NCBI RefSeq assembly: GCF_006345805.1
Contig: NC_043006.1
Coordinates: 46,252,001-46,316,000 of the forward strand
Source: Octopus sinensis
Taxonomy: Eukaryota
Direction: 5' to 3'
Length of the DNA stretch: 64,000 nucleotides
Shown here: piece after piece, positions 1 to 13,249 of the stretch
How the letters are laid out: each line of letters begins with the position of its first letter
How positions within the stretch are numbered: the first letter of the stretch is position 1
The notes under the pieces: model-generated
Seen by the model: only the letters and a program-made list of their open reading frames with translations
Database searches by the model: none
Told to the model about the DNA's origin: nothing
Program-made: the position numbers and the translations under genes

Positions 1-1083
1 CACTGCGTCCATTCTTTGGTTTCCCAATATTTTCCTCTGGGACTGCTGTCTCACATACTTATAAAGCATAGATATTTGGTGTACCCACTTTCTTAAATCC
101 ACGATATTCCTCACCGATGATTGAGGTTCGGGTTTAGGTACCTTGAAATCTAGACGTGATGTTAAAACTGACTTCCATTTTTGGACTTAGAATATTAAAA
201 ATAAAAGCCTTAAAATCAGATAAAAACCTATGGATAGCAAAATGTCTATTGAGTTGTGTAGTTTATTCATTAGATGTTTATGAGACTTAAAAGCAAGTAC
301 ATTCATGCAAAAATGCTCGGTGTACACAGACCTGAATGTGTGTGTGTGTGAGTGCGTGCGTGTGTGTGTGTAGATAAAAAATTAACGTCGAGTTGACAAG
401 TTGGTAGAGTTGTTAGGACGTTGGATAATGTATTTGATGTATTTTGTGCCGATTCTCTGCGCTCAGATCTGAAAGTCCGCCGAGATAAAGATTGCATTTC
501 ATTATTTTGAGGTCGATATAAAATAACTAATGCAGAGCAGTGCATTGTCAAATGTGGAATCGGGTTGCACAAGATACGTTGAGGCAGTTCTTTGTGTGCT
601 GACAGCAAAGCTGTCGACAACATTAGAGCCAACTCGTATCAGCCCACGTTAACGGCTTTTTCTTTGGATAATCCTGGGTCGCTTGTAGAGAAGAGAATTT
701 CATAGACAAGGAAGTGGAAGTCTTCCTCAAAAACCTATTACCTAGGCCTGAATAACGGAGGCCTTCTGGCATGTTAAAATCACTGTTCATATGTATTCTA
801 AAATTGATCCCAAATATACAGAATTATGACCAAGAACTTTCTGGGTGTGTCCATATAATGTTCCTCTAAAGTTAATGTATCTAGACCGACGTATTCTAAG
901 CTAATTTTCCTTCATTCTTTTTAACGGTAGGGACACTGTCTTTCGGAGATATTTCGCTATTATTTGCACTGGGTTAAGCCAGCGAACTGGGAGAAGCAGT
1001 GGCATAGTGGATAAATTCTTCCAGTGCTACATTGTGAGTTCTAATGGTGCCGAGGTCACTTTCATATTTCATCCTTTCGCTGT

Positions 1084-1487
1084 CTTTTATTTACTTGTTT
1101 CAGTCATTTGACTGCGGCCATGCTAGAGCACCGCCTTTAGTCGAGCAAATCGACTCCAGGAATTATTCTTTGTAAGCCTAGTACTTATCCTATCGGTCTC
1201 TTTGGCCGAACCGCTAATGTTACGATGACGTAAACACACCAACATCAGTTGTCAAGCGATGTTGGGGGGACAAAAACAGACACACAGGCATATACACAAA
1301 CATACATATATATAGATATGTATATATACGACGGGCTTCTTTCAGTTTCCGTCTTCCAAATCCACTCACAAGGCTTTGGTCGGCACGAGGATGTAGTAGA
1401 ATACACTTGCCCAAGGTGCCACGCAGTGGGACTGAACCCGGAAGCATGTGGTTGGTGAGCAAGGTACTTACCACACAGCCACTCCTG
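1084..1487 (-). mobile_element. SINE family B (tRNA head, CORE-like domain, internal microsatellite, LINE-like tail)
   Basis: Head gagtggctgtgtggtaag...ggttcagtccc; CORE-like gggcaagtgt; tail cagcatggccgcagtcaaatgactgaaacaag. Confidence 0.9.
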
Positions 1488-1975
1488 TCGGTAAAATAAA
1501 TGGCATTTAAGCTCTGAGGTCGATTAAACCTTTTTCCCCCCCACAAATTGCAGGAACTTGTGCCTATAGTAAGAAAAATTGTTTGTGGCAGTTTGAGTAA
1601 GTACATAGGGACTTTCGATCATGCACTTGATGTGCGCACGTGAGAACGATTGTGTGTATGTGCGCTTGTCTGTGAGTGAGTTTATAAATTTTCAGCATTT
1701 GTATCTCATTTATATCTTTAAAAGGAACCGATTCAACTTTGAAAACCTTTACTTTTAACGTATGCGATTGGTTGCATCGAGAATCATGGAAATATGTGTA
1801 AGCGGATGTTCCGCAACACGTACGCACCATACTGATACGCTTACCTCCGCATATACACGCAAATTCACGCACATAGTTATACATATATATATACATACCC
1901 TTAACGTATTTACCGACGGATATCCATAAGTACACACACAAACACACACGTACACCCACACTCACACACACACAT

Positions 1976-2078
1976 GTATGTATGGATACATGCATGCATG
2001 TATGTATGTATGTATGTATGTATGTATGTATGTATCTATCTATCTATCTATCTATCTGTCTGTCTATCTATCTATCTG

Positions 2079-2171
<93 letters not shown>

Positions 2172-2244
2172 TCTCTCCCTCTCTCTCTATATATATGAGT
2201 GTGTGTGTGTGTATACATATAGATACACACACACACACACACAT

Positions 2245-2275
<31 letters not shown>

Positions 2276-2400
2276 CATATATTAACATACATGCATATAT
2301 AAACATGTATACATACATACATACATATATAAACATATACACATACATACAAACATAAACTCATAGATACATACACATACATACATAATACATATGTGTG
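1976..2400. repeat. Compound microsatellite (TATG)n(TATC)n(CA)n
   Basis: Seen directly. Confidence 0.95.
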
Positions 2401-2504
2401 AGTGTGTGAATGTATGTCGTGTGTTTGTGTACATGTGTGTATGCGTGTGTACATTCAGTGCACGCGTTGTCAGCACGTAAAAGCCGGAGAATGTATTAAG
2501 GTTG

Positions 2505-2537
<33 letters not shown>

Positions 2538-3023
2538 TATATATTATATATCTCTATATATAATATCCTGTATGTAAATATGTATGTAATTATGTATTTA
2601 TATATGCACATACACACACACTCGTGCAAACATACGTATGAGTGTGCGCGTGCGAGAGAGAGAGAGGGCGAGAGAGAGAGAGAGACAGACAAACAGATAT
2701 ACAGAAGGTACATACATATGGTGATGTGCAGGTAAGCTGTATTTCAGATTGATTCCCTGCCACCCATTTACCATGTCATTAAATGGAGCCTTATGTCAAA
2801 GTTAAGGTGCAGCTAAGTGCATCTGAAAAAAAAATTCCATTTCTACACGCTTGCATTCCGTGTTAAATGACTTAGATAGGAATATGTACCTGGTTGTATA
2901 CTCCTGTATATAGGAATGCAGTTCTTACGTGTGCGTGTGAGTGTGCGTACATTTCTACATATACAGGCAAATGTGATGTGTGTGTATACAAAATGTAACA
3001 CACATGTATTACGTAGGTGTGCT

Positions 3024-3054
<31 letters not shown>

Positions 3055-3745
3055 ATGTATCTGTGTATGGATATGTATATATATACATATATATGTGTAT
3101 TTATGTATACAGATATACATACGTACATACATACATACATAAATACATACATATATATATGCATGTATATATTAAGACCCTCACCCCACACAAAGAAACA
3201 CAGCAGATATACAGAGGTGTATATAGGTTGTTTTGTACATGTGTATTTTATATGTATTCACATAAGTAAATATGCATACATACATATATATATATGATAT
3301 ATATATATATATATATATATTAATACATATATATGCTATATATACACCCATATTATTATATTATATATACTATAGATACCATATATAATATATATATATA
3401 TATATATATAATATATATCTATATATATCCATCATTCATAATTTCAATATTCACATTTACATCTGAGCATGCTTGGCCTGTGTTCGCGTGTGAATTAACA
3501 TTAATATATGCATTTATGCTCATACACACACATTCAAGGCGGTGAATGTATATACTCTAGTAGATCATTATATATGCATAAATATTGAAACATTTGCGTG
3601 TCTGTCTAAACACTACATTATGTAAATGTATATAGTTGTATTTTTGCCTTCAAAAGAACTTTGAGAATGAGCTATTCAAACTCGTTCAAAAGACTTTCGA
3701 AGACTTCGAATATGATTCATAACTTACATCAGTCTATGTACCTAC

Positions 3746-3751
3746 GTCTCT

Positions 3752-3850
<99 letters not shown>

Positions 3851-3971
3851 AATATTTCATAGATCCAACAGAGTTACTCAAGGGCAGAGAATTTCGGGTT
3901 AGCACATATTAGAGTGATATGTTCTAACGCACGAAACTCTTGGCCTATGAATCACTCCGTTGTTACTACTA

Positions 3972-4020
<49 letters not shown>

Positions 4021-4420
4021 ATAATAATAATAATAATAATAATAATGATAATAATAATAATAACAATAATAATAATACACACACACACACACACACTCTT
4101 GTCTTGAGTTCTATTTTCGCTCTTTTGTACCACGAAACTTATGTGTATATATGCATGTATGTATGTACGTATGTATGAATGTATCTATTTGTCTATCTAT
4201 CTATCTATCTATCTATCGATCGATCTATCCCTCTATATATGTTTCAATCTCGTACAATCTCCTCCATATATATAATATTTATTTATTTATATATGTGTGT
4301 GTGTGTATGCACTATATATATACATCATATATAATATATAATATATATATATATAATTATATGTATATATATATATATTATATATATATAATATTATATA
4401 GATATATATAATATATATGT
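3746..4420. repeat. Compound microsatellites (TATC)n, (ACT)n(AAT)n, (TA)n
   Basis: Seen directly. Confidence 0.95.
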
Positions 4421-4887
4421 ATGTTATGCATTCCTGTGTGTCAGCTTATCTATCAATCTGTCAATCTGTCTATACATATCAATAAAAGTATAAAGCTACA
4501 TCGAGCAACGGGTACTAACGACATTTTCGCCACAGTCCTGGAGCTTATGTTTCATTCTTAGTATCAAGTTAATTTGGCGCCTTCTATCTTAGCATAGGGT
4601 TGGTACAGCATTTGAAAAAAATAGCAATTGTCTGCATGATTATTGTATAAGCCCTTCTAATTTGCTGTAACTTTATTTCACATAAACCCGTTTTAGGAAA
4701 ATGAGTTGGCACTGGATGGGTTCTTGGAAGGAAAAGGCGAGGTCAAGATCTCTCCGAACAAATAACAATAATAATTTATTTCCCCTTGAATAAACCTTTC
4801 ATCTCTGGACATCGGTAGCCTGGACGCCTTTGAGTGGAAGCAGCAGGGTTGGTAGTTAGACACAAAAATACGAAGGCATTTTCACAG

Positions 4888-5012
4888 ACTCGCAACGTCG
4901 CTCGCCGTCAGAATTTCCAGCTCCACGGAGTTGGTCTAAGCTGCATCCTGTCCGGTCAGAAGCCGGGGCCGAAAAGGATGATAGGGTGGTCAAACCTAGC
5001 TGCTGTTGCTGA
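4888..5012 (+). CDS. Candidate terminal exon ending ...EKDDRVVKPSCCC*
   Basis: Acceptor cattttcacag; open phase-1 frame to TGA at 5010-5012. No homology recognised. Confidence 0.25.
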
Positions 5013-5013
5013 T

Positions 5014-5025
5014 TGCGCATGCGCA
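5014..5025. promoter_or_regulatory. Perfect NRF1/Ewg-type palindrome TGCGCATGCGCA
   Basis: Exact consensus match within a CpG-rich unique segment. Function not shown. Confidence 0.35.
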
Positions 5026-5629
5026 TAAGGGGCTTCCATCAGATCTCCGGAAAGCTCTAATTCTATGCGTGGATGAATGTTCCACAACGGCGTCTAGAAC
5101 AAGGCTTCACTACACTATGTATGTATGTATGTATGTATGTATGTGTATATGTATGTATTTATGATGTATGTATGTTGTATGTATGTAATGTCGTATGTAT
5201 GTCTGTATGTATTATGTATGTATTATATGTATGTTGTATGTATATGTTATCTACGTATGTATGTGTGTATGTACGTACGTACGTATGTATGTATGTATGT
5301 AGGTAGGTATGTAATACAGGCATTACAGTTTAGCAGAAAAAACCCCCAGATCTATGAATAGCTGTTTCTTTCAAAGAAAATGGTACCAAAAGAGGGAACT
5401 GTTAATTCTGTTCTACCAGTGGTCGGTACTTGCTGTGTGATCTACGTGATCTGGGTTCGATTCGTAAGTAGTGAGTTTGTACTTGGAATTGCCAAATATT
5501 TCTGCTGCATATGTATATATACATTCTACGTTCTTCATATGGCATGTAGCATCAAACACATACACACACAGACATATACTCATATCTAAATATATAAATA
5601 ATAGATGTGTGTGTGGGGTGTGTGTCTTT

Positions 5630-6010
5630 AGTGGTTGTGTGGTAAGAAGCTTGCTTCCCAATCACATGGTTCCAGGTTCAGTCCCACTGATTGGCACTTT
5701 GGGTAAGTGTCTTCTACTATAGCCTCGGCCCGATCAAAGCCTTGCGAGTGGATTTGGTAGACGGAAACTGAAAGAAGCCCGTCGTATATATATATATGTA
5801 TATATTTGTGTGTCTGTGTTTCTCCCTGCACCATAACTTGATAACGGATGTTGGTGTGTTTACATCCCCGTAACTTAGCGGTTCGGTCAAAGAGACCGAT
5901 ATAATAATTACTAGGCTTACCAAGAAGATGTCCTGGGGTCGAATCGTACGACTGAAGTGGTACTCTGGCATGGCCGCAGTCAAATCACTGAAACAAGTAA
6001 AAGAATTAAA
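5630..6010 (+). mobile_element. SINE B
   Basis: Same modules as the 1084 copy. Confidence 0.9.
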
Positions 6011-6445
6011 GAAAAGAATATAGGAGGGAGTCAGAGTGTACGTAAGCACAGACAAGAAAGTTGAAACAAACCCACATTTCTATGTAAGGAGTGTTAATGA
6101 TAATAGTAGAGGCTGGTGCTTCGCATCTCGTTATTAGCCTTCCAAATTTCTGACCATCAGATTGCGTGTGATGAGGGATAAATTTGACCCGTTAGTGATA
6201 ATTTATAAGCAAATAGCCAGAAAAGAAACATGTATATTTGAAACGACAACAGATATTTAAGCAAATGACAAACGACGGAAGGAGAAGCTACACTATAGTA
6301 TGTTCGCGTGCTGGTTGTCGTTGGAATTATAGCTGAACTGAGGATTATTTTTAATAATTTTAATACATTCTTCTTCACGTGAAGATATTCTCAAGAATTA
6401 TGGATTAAAGAATTATGAGTTTCTTTTAATAAATGATGTTCACAA

Positions 6446-6844
6446 GGCGGCGAGCTAGCAGAAGCGTTAGCACGCTGGGCGAGATGCTTAGCGATATTTC
6501 GTCTGCTGCTACGTTCTGAGTTCAAATTCCACCGAGGTCGACTTTGCCTGTCATCCTTTCGGGATCGATAAATTAAGTACTAGTTACGCACTGGGGTTGA
6601 TGTAATCGACTTAATCCGTTTGTCTGTCCTTGTTTGTCCCCTCTATGTTTAGCCCCTTGTGGGTAGTAAAGAAATAAGTATTTCGTCTGCCGCTACGTTC
6701 TGAGTTCAAATTCTACCGAGGTCGACTTTGCCTTTCATCCTTTCGGGGTCGATTAAATAAGTACCAGTTACGCACTGGTGTTGATTTAATTGACTGGCCT
6801 CCACCCCAAAATTTCTGATCTTGTTTCCAGAATCGGAAAGAAAA
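6446..6844 (+). mobile_element. SINE A, 2-unit concatemer
   Basis: One head followed by two central-domain units. Confidence 0.85.
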
Positions 6845-6935
6845 TATTGTGTGTTTGCATTAGAATCTGTTGCTCACAAATGTCTCTGTATCTTCCTCCC
6901 TACTCTTTCTCTCTCCCTATATATATATATGTATT

Positions 6936-6993
<58 letters not shown>

Positions 6994-7639
6994 TATATAT
7001 AAGTATATATATATACACGAGCAAAACGTTCCCCGTCCAATGGACGGTGCTGAGTTGTCAAATATTAAACCAAATGTTCTCAAAACAACTTGTCCGACCG
7101 TCCCATAGGCCTCCCCTTTGAGAAACACTGATTTAACCTAAATTTGAGACACCAGCTAACGAAGAAATAAAGATAGGCTTTTTTTCTATTCCAAAGAAAA
7201 GCGATTTTAGTCACACAAATATGCAACCGAAGAGTTTAAAATATCAGTAAGTACATCACAACAGCTCATGTACTTGCACGTACAATGCACGTTCCCACGT
7301 CTTTATCGATCGCATTCTCACCTGGAAACGAATTTTGTAATTTTGTCAAGACGTATACACGCCCTGATACCGTCGGTATCTACATATCAAATATGAGCGC
7401 AATCGGATGGAGGATGCCGAGATCCGAGAAGACACATACACAGACAGACAGAACGTATTTTATGTAATATATAAATACACCCACATACGCGTGTGTATAA
7501 ACATATACGTATACATATACGAAGTTTATATATGTATTTATCTATGTATGTGTGTGTGTGTATTTCTGCTTGTGTATGAGGTTGTCTGAGTGCTTTAACT
7601 TGTGCACGCTTGTGTACATATGAAGATTATCCGTGCATA

Positions 7640-7910
7640 TTAATGAGAAAATATGCTGACATGTACTGTAAGTCGCCATGTACAAATCAGAAATGCCTGA
7701 CATATCACTCAGCTTACGCCATGTTCTCGGTAACGACAAGCAAATCGCTTCATTCTCTCCGGGCATTTGTACGGCATTACCCTACCACAAGATCAGAACT
7801 TTCCGTCTTGCATCTTTCTAGAATATCTCTCCTGCCAGTCTTACTTCCCTTAACGTATCACCAGCAGCTTTATGACATCTGCAGCAAAATATTGCTATAA
7901 ACTGCTACGA
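7640..7910 (-). mobile_element. Possible decayed RTE LINE fragment
   Basis: Weak similarity only (FCCRCHKAAGDTLREVRLAGE). Confidence 0.25.
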
Positions 7911-8191
7911 GGTCCCTTCAGGCAAAAAAAAAAGGACAAAAATATATCATGTATTCTAGTATTCTAACACACCCCAGTTGGGGTTTATTTGCTGACACTC
8001 TCTACACTTTAAAATATTTCCTTGTTTATTATTTAAAACCTGGCATCATAAGCTAAATGGCTGAAGGCGAGGGCAATATTTTATTTATTTCTATTTATAC
8101 AGTTTCCTGTTTTCGCTTCGTGTATGTCATTTAGTTTTTCTTCAGGACAAAATGTCAGCTTGCGTGTAATATACATTCATTATACACACAC

Positions 8192-8222
<31 letters not shown>

Positions 8223-8570
8223 CCACACACACACATATATATATATTTAAACACACACATGCATCTCTTTTACTCTTTTACTTGTTTCAGTTATTTGACT
8301 GTGGCCATGCTGGAGTATATGTATTAATATACATACATAATATAAATACACCTACATACATAAAAACACACACACACAACACACACACACACACACCCAT
8401 ATATATATATATATATTATATACTATATAATATATATATATATATATATTATATGTGTGTGTGTGTGTTACAAAAGTATAAAAGATAGGAAGACAAATCA
8501 AAATAAAAAGTAAAACAAAGCAGCGTATTATTTTCAAGAAAACAGGTTTACTTTCAAGAAAATCAGGAAA

Positions 8571-8607
8571 TATTTACATTTCGAGCATACACTCTTCTGC
8601 AGAGATA
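8571..8607 (-). ncRNA. Degenerate hammerhead motif (H2-like)
   Basis: Reads CUGCAGA-A-GAGU(guau)GCUC-GAAA-UGUA; core A6 is changed to C. Confidence 0.35.
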
Positions 8608-8918
8608 ATAGACTAGTAGAGAAAGAAATAGAAAAGGGAGAATCAACACGTCTTATCTAGACAGTCACTGCATGCTGAAATAACCCGAAGAGGAAAATAG
8701 TGTTACCGGTATGAGTAGCAAGGGAGACAATTCTGAAGTTGACTTGGGCTTTGGATGCTAGTGGAGATACCAGTGGCATGTGTGTGTATGTCTGAGCAAT
8801 TACGTGTTTGGGTATGAAACTAATGTGTGCGTGCGTATATGCGTGTGCGTTTATGTATGCCAGCACGTACATAAATATATGAGTGCATACATATATATGT
8901 GTGTATTCATAATGTCTA

Positions 8919-9007
<89 letters not shown>

Positions 9008-9051
9008 GTCTGTCTATCCTTTTATTGTTTCATTTATTTAAGTCATTTATT

Positions 9052-9388
9052 AAAATCATTTGACTGCAGCCATGCTAGAGTACTTATTCTTTGTAAGCCT
9101 AGTACTTATTCTATTGCTCTCTTTTACCGAACCACTAAGGTTCTAGGACGTAAACACACCAATATCGGTTATCAAGTGAAGGTGGAAGGGACAAACACAC
9201 ACACAAACACATTCAAACGCCATATGTATATATACGACGGGTTTATTTCAGTTTCCGCCTACCAAATCCACTCACAAGCTTTTGCTCGACCCGAGGCTAT
9301 AGTAGAAAACACTTACAGTAGGTGCCACGCAGTGGGACTGAACCCAGAACCATGTGGTTTAGAAGCAAGCTTCTTACCACACTGCCAC
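9052..9388 (-). mobile_element. SINE B
   Basis: Same modules; the head abuts the LINE tail at 9390. Confidence 0.85.
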
Positions 9389-9389
9389 T

Positions 9390-9690
9390 AGTTTCAGCTG
9401 GAGAGCTGCGTCCAAGCTGGGGCACCGTCATTATCTTTGCTACACTGTCATTACTTGCAACCTCCTCTATGTGGCATTTGGAGAACGAGGGAATTTGATG
9501 TTGCTGCCCTTATCTGTGTTTCCTACCACATGGTAGGCTTATCCGGAATCCTTGACAGGAGGAGATCTAGTTTTGTTATGAAGATAACTACATCCACCGC
9601 TTTTAGGTCCTTCAGACGTTTTGGGACGATAGTGAAAAGCTGCATGTCATAGAAACCCAAACTGTTACAGTATTTAATGCTGTATCCCGA
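9390..9690 (-). mobile_element. L2/Crack/Daphne-like LINE 3' end
   Basis: LFTIVPKRLKDLKAVDVVIFITKLDLLLSRIPDKP...RAATSNSL, then a tail ggtgccccagc...cagctgaaactag. Confidence 0.6.
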
Positions 9691-9939
9691 TCAGTATGTT
9701 GTCCAAAGACCAAAAATAATCTTTTCTACTAGAAGCACAAGACTTCAAATTTTATAGGGGAGGGCTTAAGTCGATTGCATCGACTCCAGTGCGTAACTGG
9801 TATTTATTCAAACGATCCCGAGAGGGACCAAATCTTTCGCTCAATTATGTGGTATGTATCATATTTATATTTAATTACAAAAGTATAACTTAATTTTTAT
9901 CACGCCTACTCAAACATATTATAAATATATGCATGTACG

Positions 9940-9984
<45 letters not shown>

Positions 9985-10006
9985 ACACACGTATACATGT
10001 AAATGT

Positions 10007-10260
10007 GAGGGCGCATGGCCTAAATGTCACGGTGTTGCACTCGCGATCGCAAGATCGTGGTTTCAATTCCTAGACCGGGTAGTGGGCCGTTTTCTTGAGC
10101 AAAACACCTCATTTTATGTTGCTCCGCGATCACTTCGACAGCTGACGCTTGTTGCACAGTGCACTTTCTCAGGTACACATCGATTAATGTGTAGCACAAA
10201 CATTTGATCACTATAAACAAATTATTTATGTAGGTCGTTTGGCAACAACTGAACGCTCAT
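10007..10260 (+). mobile_element. SINE family C (tRNA head + CORE-like), tail variant 1
   Basis: gagggcgcatggcctaaatg...ggtttcaattcc...cttgagcaaaacac. Confidence 0.7.
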
Positions 10261-10377
10261 ATGTTGTATTCGACGGGAGTGTCCATCGCGTATATATATA
10301 TATATATATAAACACATGTATACCTATCTATCTGTCTATTAATACATTTATGCGCATAGATGTTTATACATTCTTAT

Positions 10378-10711
10378 ATGAGTGGCTGTGTGGTAAGTAG
10401 CTTCTTTACAAACCACATGGTTTCGGGTTCAGTCCCACTGCGTGGCACCTGGGGCAAGTGTCTTCTACTATAGCCTTGGGCCGACCAAAGCCTTGTGAGT
10501 GGATTTGATAGATGGAAACTGAAAGAAGCCTGTCATATATATATATATATATATATGTTTACGCCCCCGTAACTTCGCAGTTCGGCAAAAGAGACCGATA
10601 GAATAAGTACTAGGCTTACACAGAATAAGTCCTGGGGTCGATTTGCTGGTCTAAAAGACGGTGTTCCAGCATGGCGGCAGTGAAATGACTGAAACAAGTA
10701 AAAGACTAAAA
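10378..10711 (+). mobile_element. SINE B with internal deletion
   Basis: Same modules. Confidence 0.85.
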
Positions 10712-10737
10712 AGGGTATACACATTCATATAAATACA

Positions 10738-10824
<87 letters not shown>

Positions 10825-12006
10825 CTAGATATTTACATAGTACACATATACTCACGCATATATACACACATATATATATATCGATATATCTTCTGCAGCA
10901 CTGTGTTTGACATGGCATGTCATGACCTAAACTATTGGCATGTATTGTTTTACATTTAATCCGTTTGAATTGCATGCATTAACTGTATCTCCGCCATGTT
11001 AGCTATTAGAGAACACGAAGGACACATTTCTGTTTCATGGTTCATATCATAGTACAGACATTCTCTACCCTTCACTGCTTCCTCTTTATTACCGTTCTGC
11101 TGATGCTTTTAATTTCGCATGCTAACACCGAAAAGTACAAACACGTGAATACATTTACACACACACACACACACACGCGCACAGAGAGGCGCGCTCATAT
11201 ACATTTCTACAAAGCTACGTTATCAAACGGAGAGGCGCGCTGACAACATCCGGACGTACACGCACACACGTACACACGTACACACGTACAACCAGAACCG
11301 CACGCAAGCACACGCACGTACATCGTGCATGTACGCATACGCACAGGCACGGACGCGCATTTAAGATCACGGCAACACACACATATATATATATATTTAT
11401 ATGTATGCATATATATATACACAAGCATATGCACAGAAGACATTCCACCACAAGCACGCGCGCGCACACACATATACACGCACACACACGCATAGAACCG
11501 AACACATGTACAATTATGGGTAAAGAACTATATATATATATATATATATATATGCATAAGCATATGTATATATATACATATATAAAACATTATTGGTGAA
11601 TTGAAGAAATGGAGCTGAACGCAGATTGAACAGAAATCGTTTTATTTCATTCTACACGTGTTTCAAAAGGCACAAATTACCAAAATCCGATTGAATAATG
11701 GGACCATATTGTGTCTGTCTCTTCAGGAAGAAAAAAGGAAATCCGTTGGAAAAACAAAAACAGAACAGAGGCGGAGCAAAAACAAATCGAACTACGCTCC
11801 TAAGAGCCCATGGCGAAACTGTTTATCAGTGTATGTTGAGAACCGGTGGCTGAAGAATTCAACGGGTCAGGCATCGGTCAATCATGTGGGTGAGGGCGTA
11901 TAGATGTTCTTATGTGACCGAGAATAAGCTCTGACTATTTAAGGAATATTGGATGTTTTATAAGGGGCGAGAAAAAAACCTACTTATGTATATATATGTG
12001 TATATG

Positions 12007-12112
<106 letters not shown>

Positions 12113-12480
12113 ATCATACAATTGATATATGCGCGTAGGTAGATATATGAATATGCACTTCGTACGGTGCTTAAATTCGAACAAATGAGAAAATGAGAAA
12201 GGAATGCTCAATACGTATTTCATTATGACCGAAGCAGAGAGTTTCACGCCACTGCGAACTCCAGGTGAGCATCGCGTGAAACTTAAAAAACGACAAAACT
12301 CTCGGCTCTATTTTAAAAAGAATCTCTCTCTCTCCTCCCACCTCTCTGTCTCTCGCTATGTACATACACTTACATGCACATACATGCACTCATATAATCG
12401 TGTGCGCATACTGCTCTCGAACTGTATCGACAATCACTTTAATAGTATCGACAGGGACTTTGAAGTTTCGACCTGCTTAC

Positions 12481-12530
12481 CCATCATCGAACAGTCGCAC
12501 ATCTGTGATCATCTGGGCCTTATTTAGCCT
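12481..12530 (-). CDS. Candidate 50-nt internal exon RLNKAQMITDVRLFDDG
   Basis: ttttaacttaacag acceptor and GG|GTAAGC donor; only one frame open. Confidence 0.3.
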
Positions 12531-12567
12531 CTGTTAAGTTAAAATTTTCCAGGCTAGGTGGATTTCT

Positions 12568-12937
12568 GGAGTAAAGAATATTTTCCAACATAACATGGCA
12601 GTCCTGTTGTTGTAATTTAGCCCCAGGAGACAAGGCGGCGAGCTGGCAGAAACGTTAGCACGCCGGGCGAAATGCTTAGCGGTATTTCGTCTGCCGTTAT
12701 GTTCTGAGTTCAAATTCCGCCGAGGTCGGCTTTGCCTTTCATCCTTTCGGGGTCGATAAATAAGTACCAGTTGCGTACTGTGGTCGATCTAGTCGACTAG
12801 CCCCCACTCCAAAATTTTCTGGCCTTGTGCCTAGAGTAGAAAATAATTTAGCCCCAGGAGACATCGTCTCCAGCTGGCTATACGACACGATCGTAAACCA
12901 GGACTGCCATGTTATGTTGGCAAACAATCTTTACTCC
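12568..12937. mobile_element. Small inverted-repeat (MITE-like) element interrupted by a SINE A
   Basis: ~39-bp inverted arms at 12568-12606 and 12899-12937. Confidence 0.6.
12634..12843 (+). mobile_element. SINE family A (tRNA head + Meta-like central domain), full copy with 20-bp TSD
   Basis: ggcggcgagctggcagaaacg...gagttcaaattcc...gcctttcatcctttcggggtcgataa. TSD taatttagccccaggagaca at 12613-12632 and 12844-12863. Confidence 0.9.
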
Positions 12938-13249
12938 AAAGTACTGTTGTTGAATATCTCTCGTTGCGAGATTTACAAATAGTAATTTTCTAATGTAGGT
13001 GGATTTCTGTTGAGCGATGAATTTGGAGCATAGGTTCTGACTGAAAGTTATTATGGAAGATTTTTATTGATGACATTTGAAATTGCTTTCTTGTTTCGAC
13101 TTCAGTCATGCATGCAATACTTTGTAATTAGGTGTGTCTATTTAGGTGTGCCAACTACATTTATTTGATTGTGTTTCAATGGCTTACAAAAGAATATATT
13201 TGTAAAAAATACAAAATGGGACAAGAACGCAAAACATCCAGACAGTTAG

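Noticed and set aside
690-758. Possible exon EENFIDKEVEVFLKNLLPRPE*
   Set aside because: Too short and unsupported.
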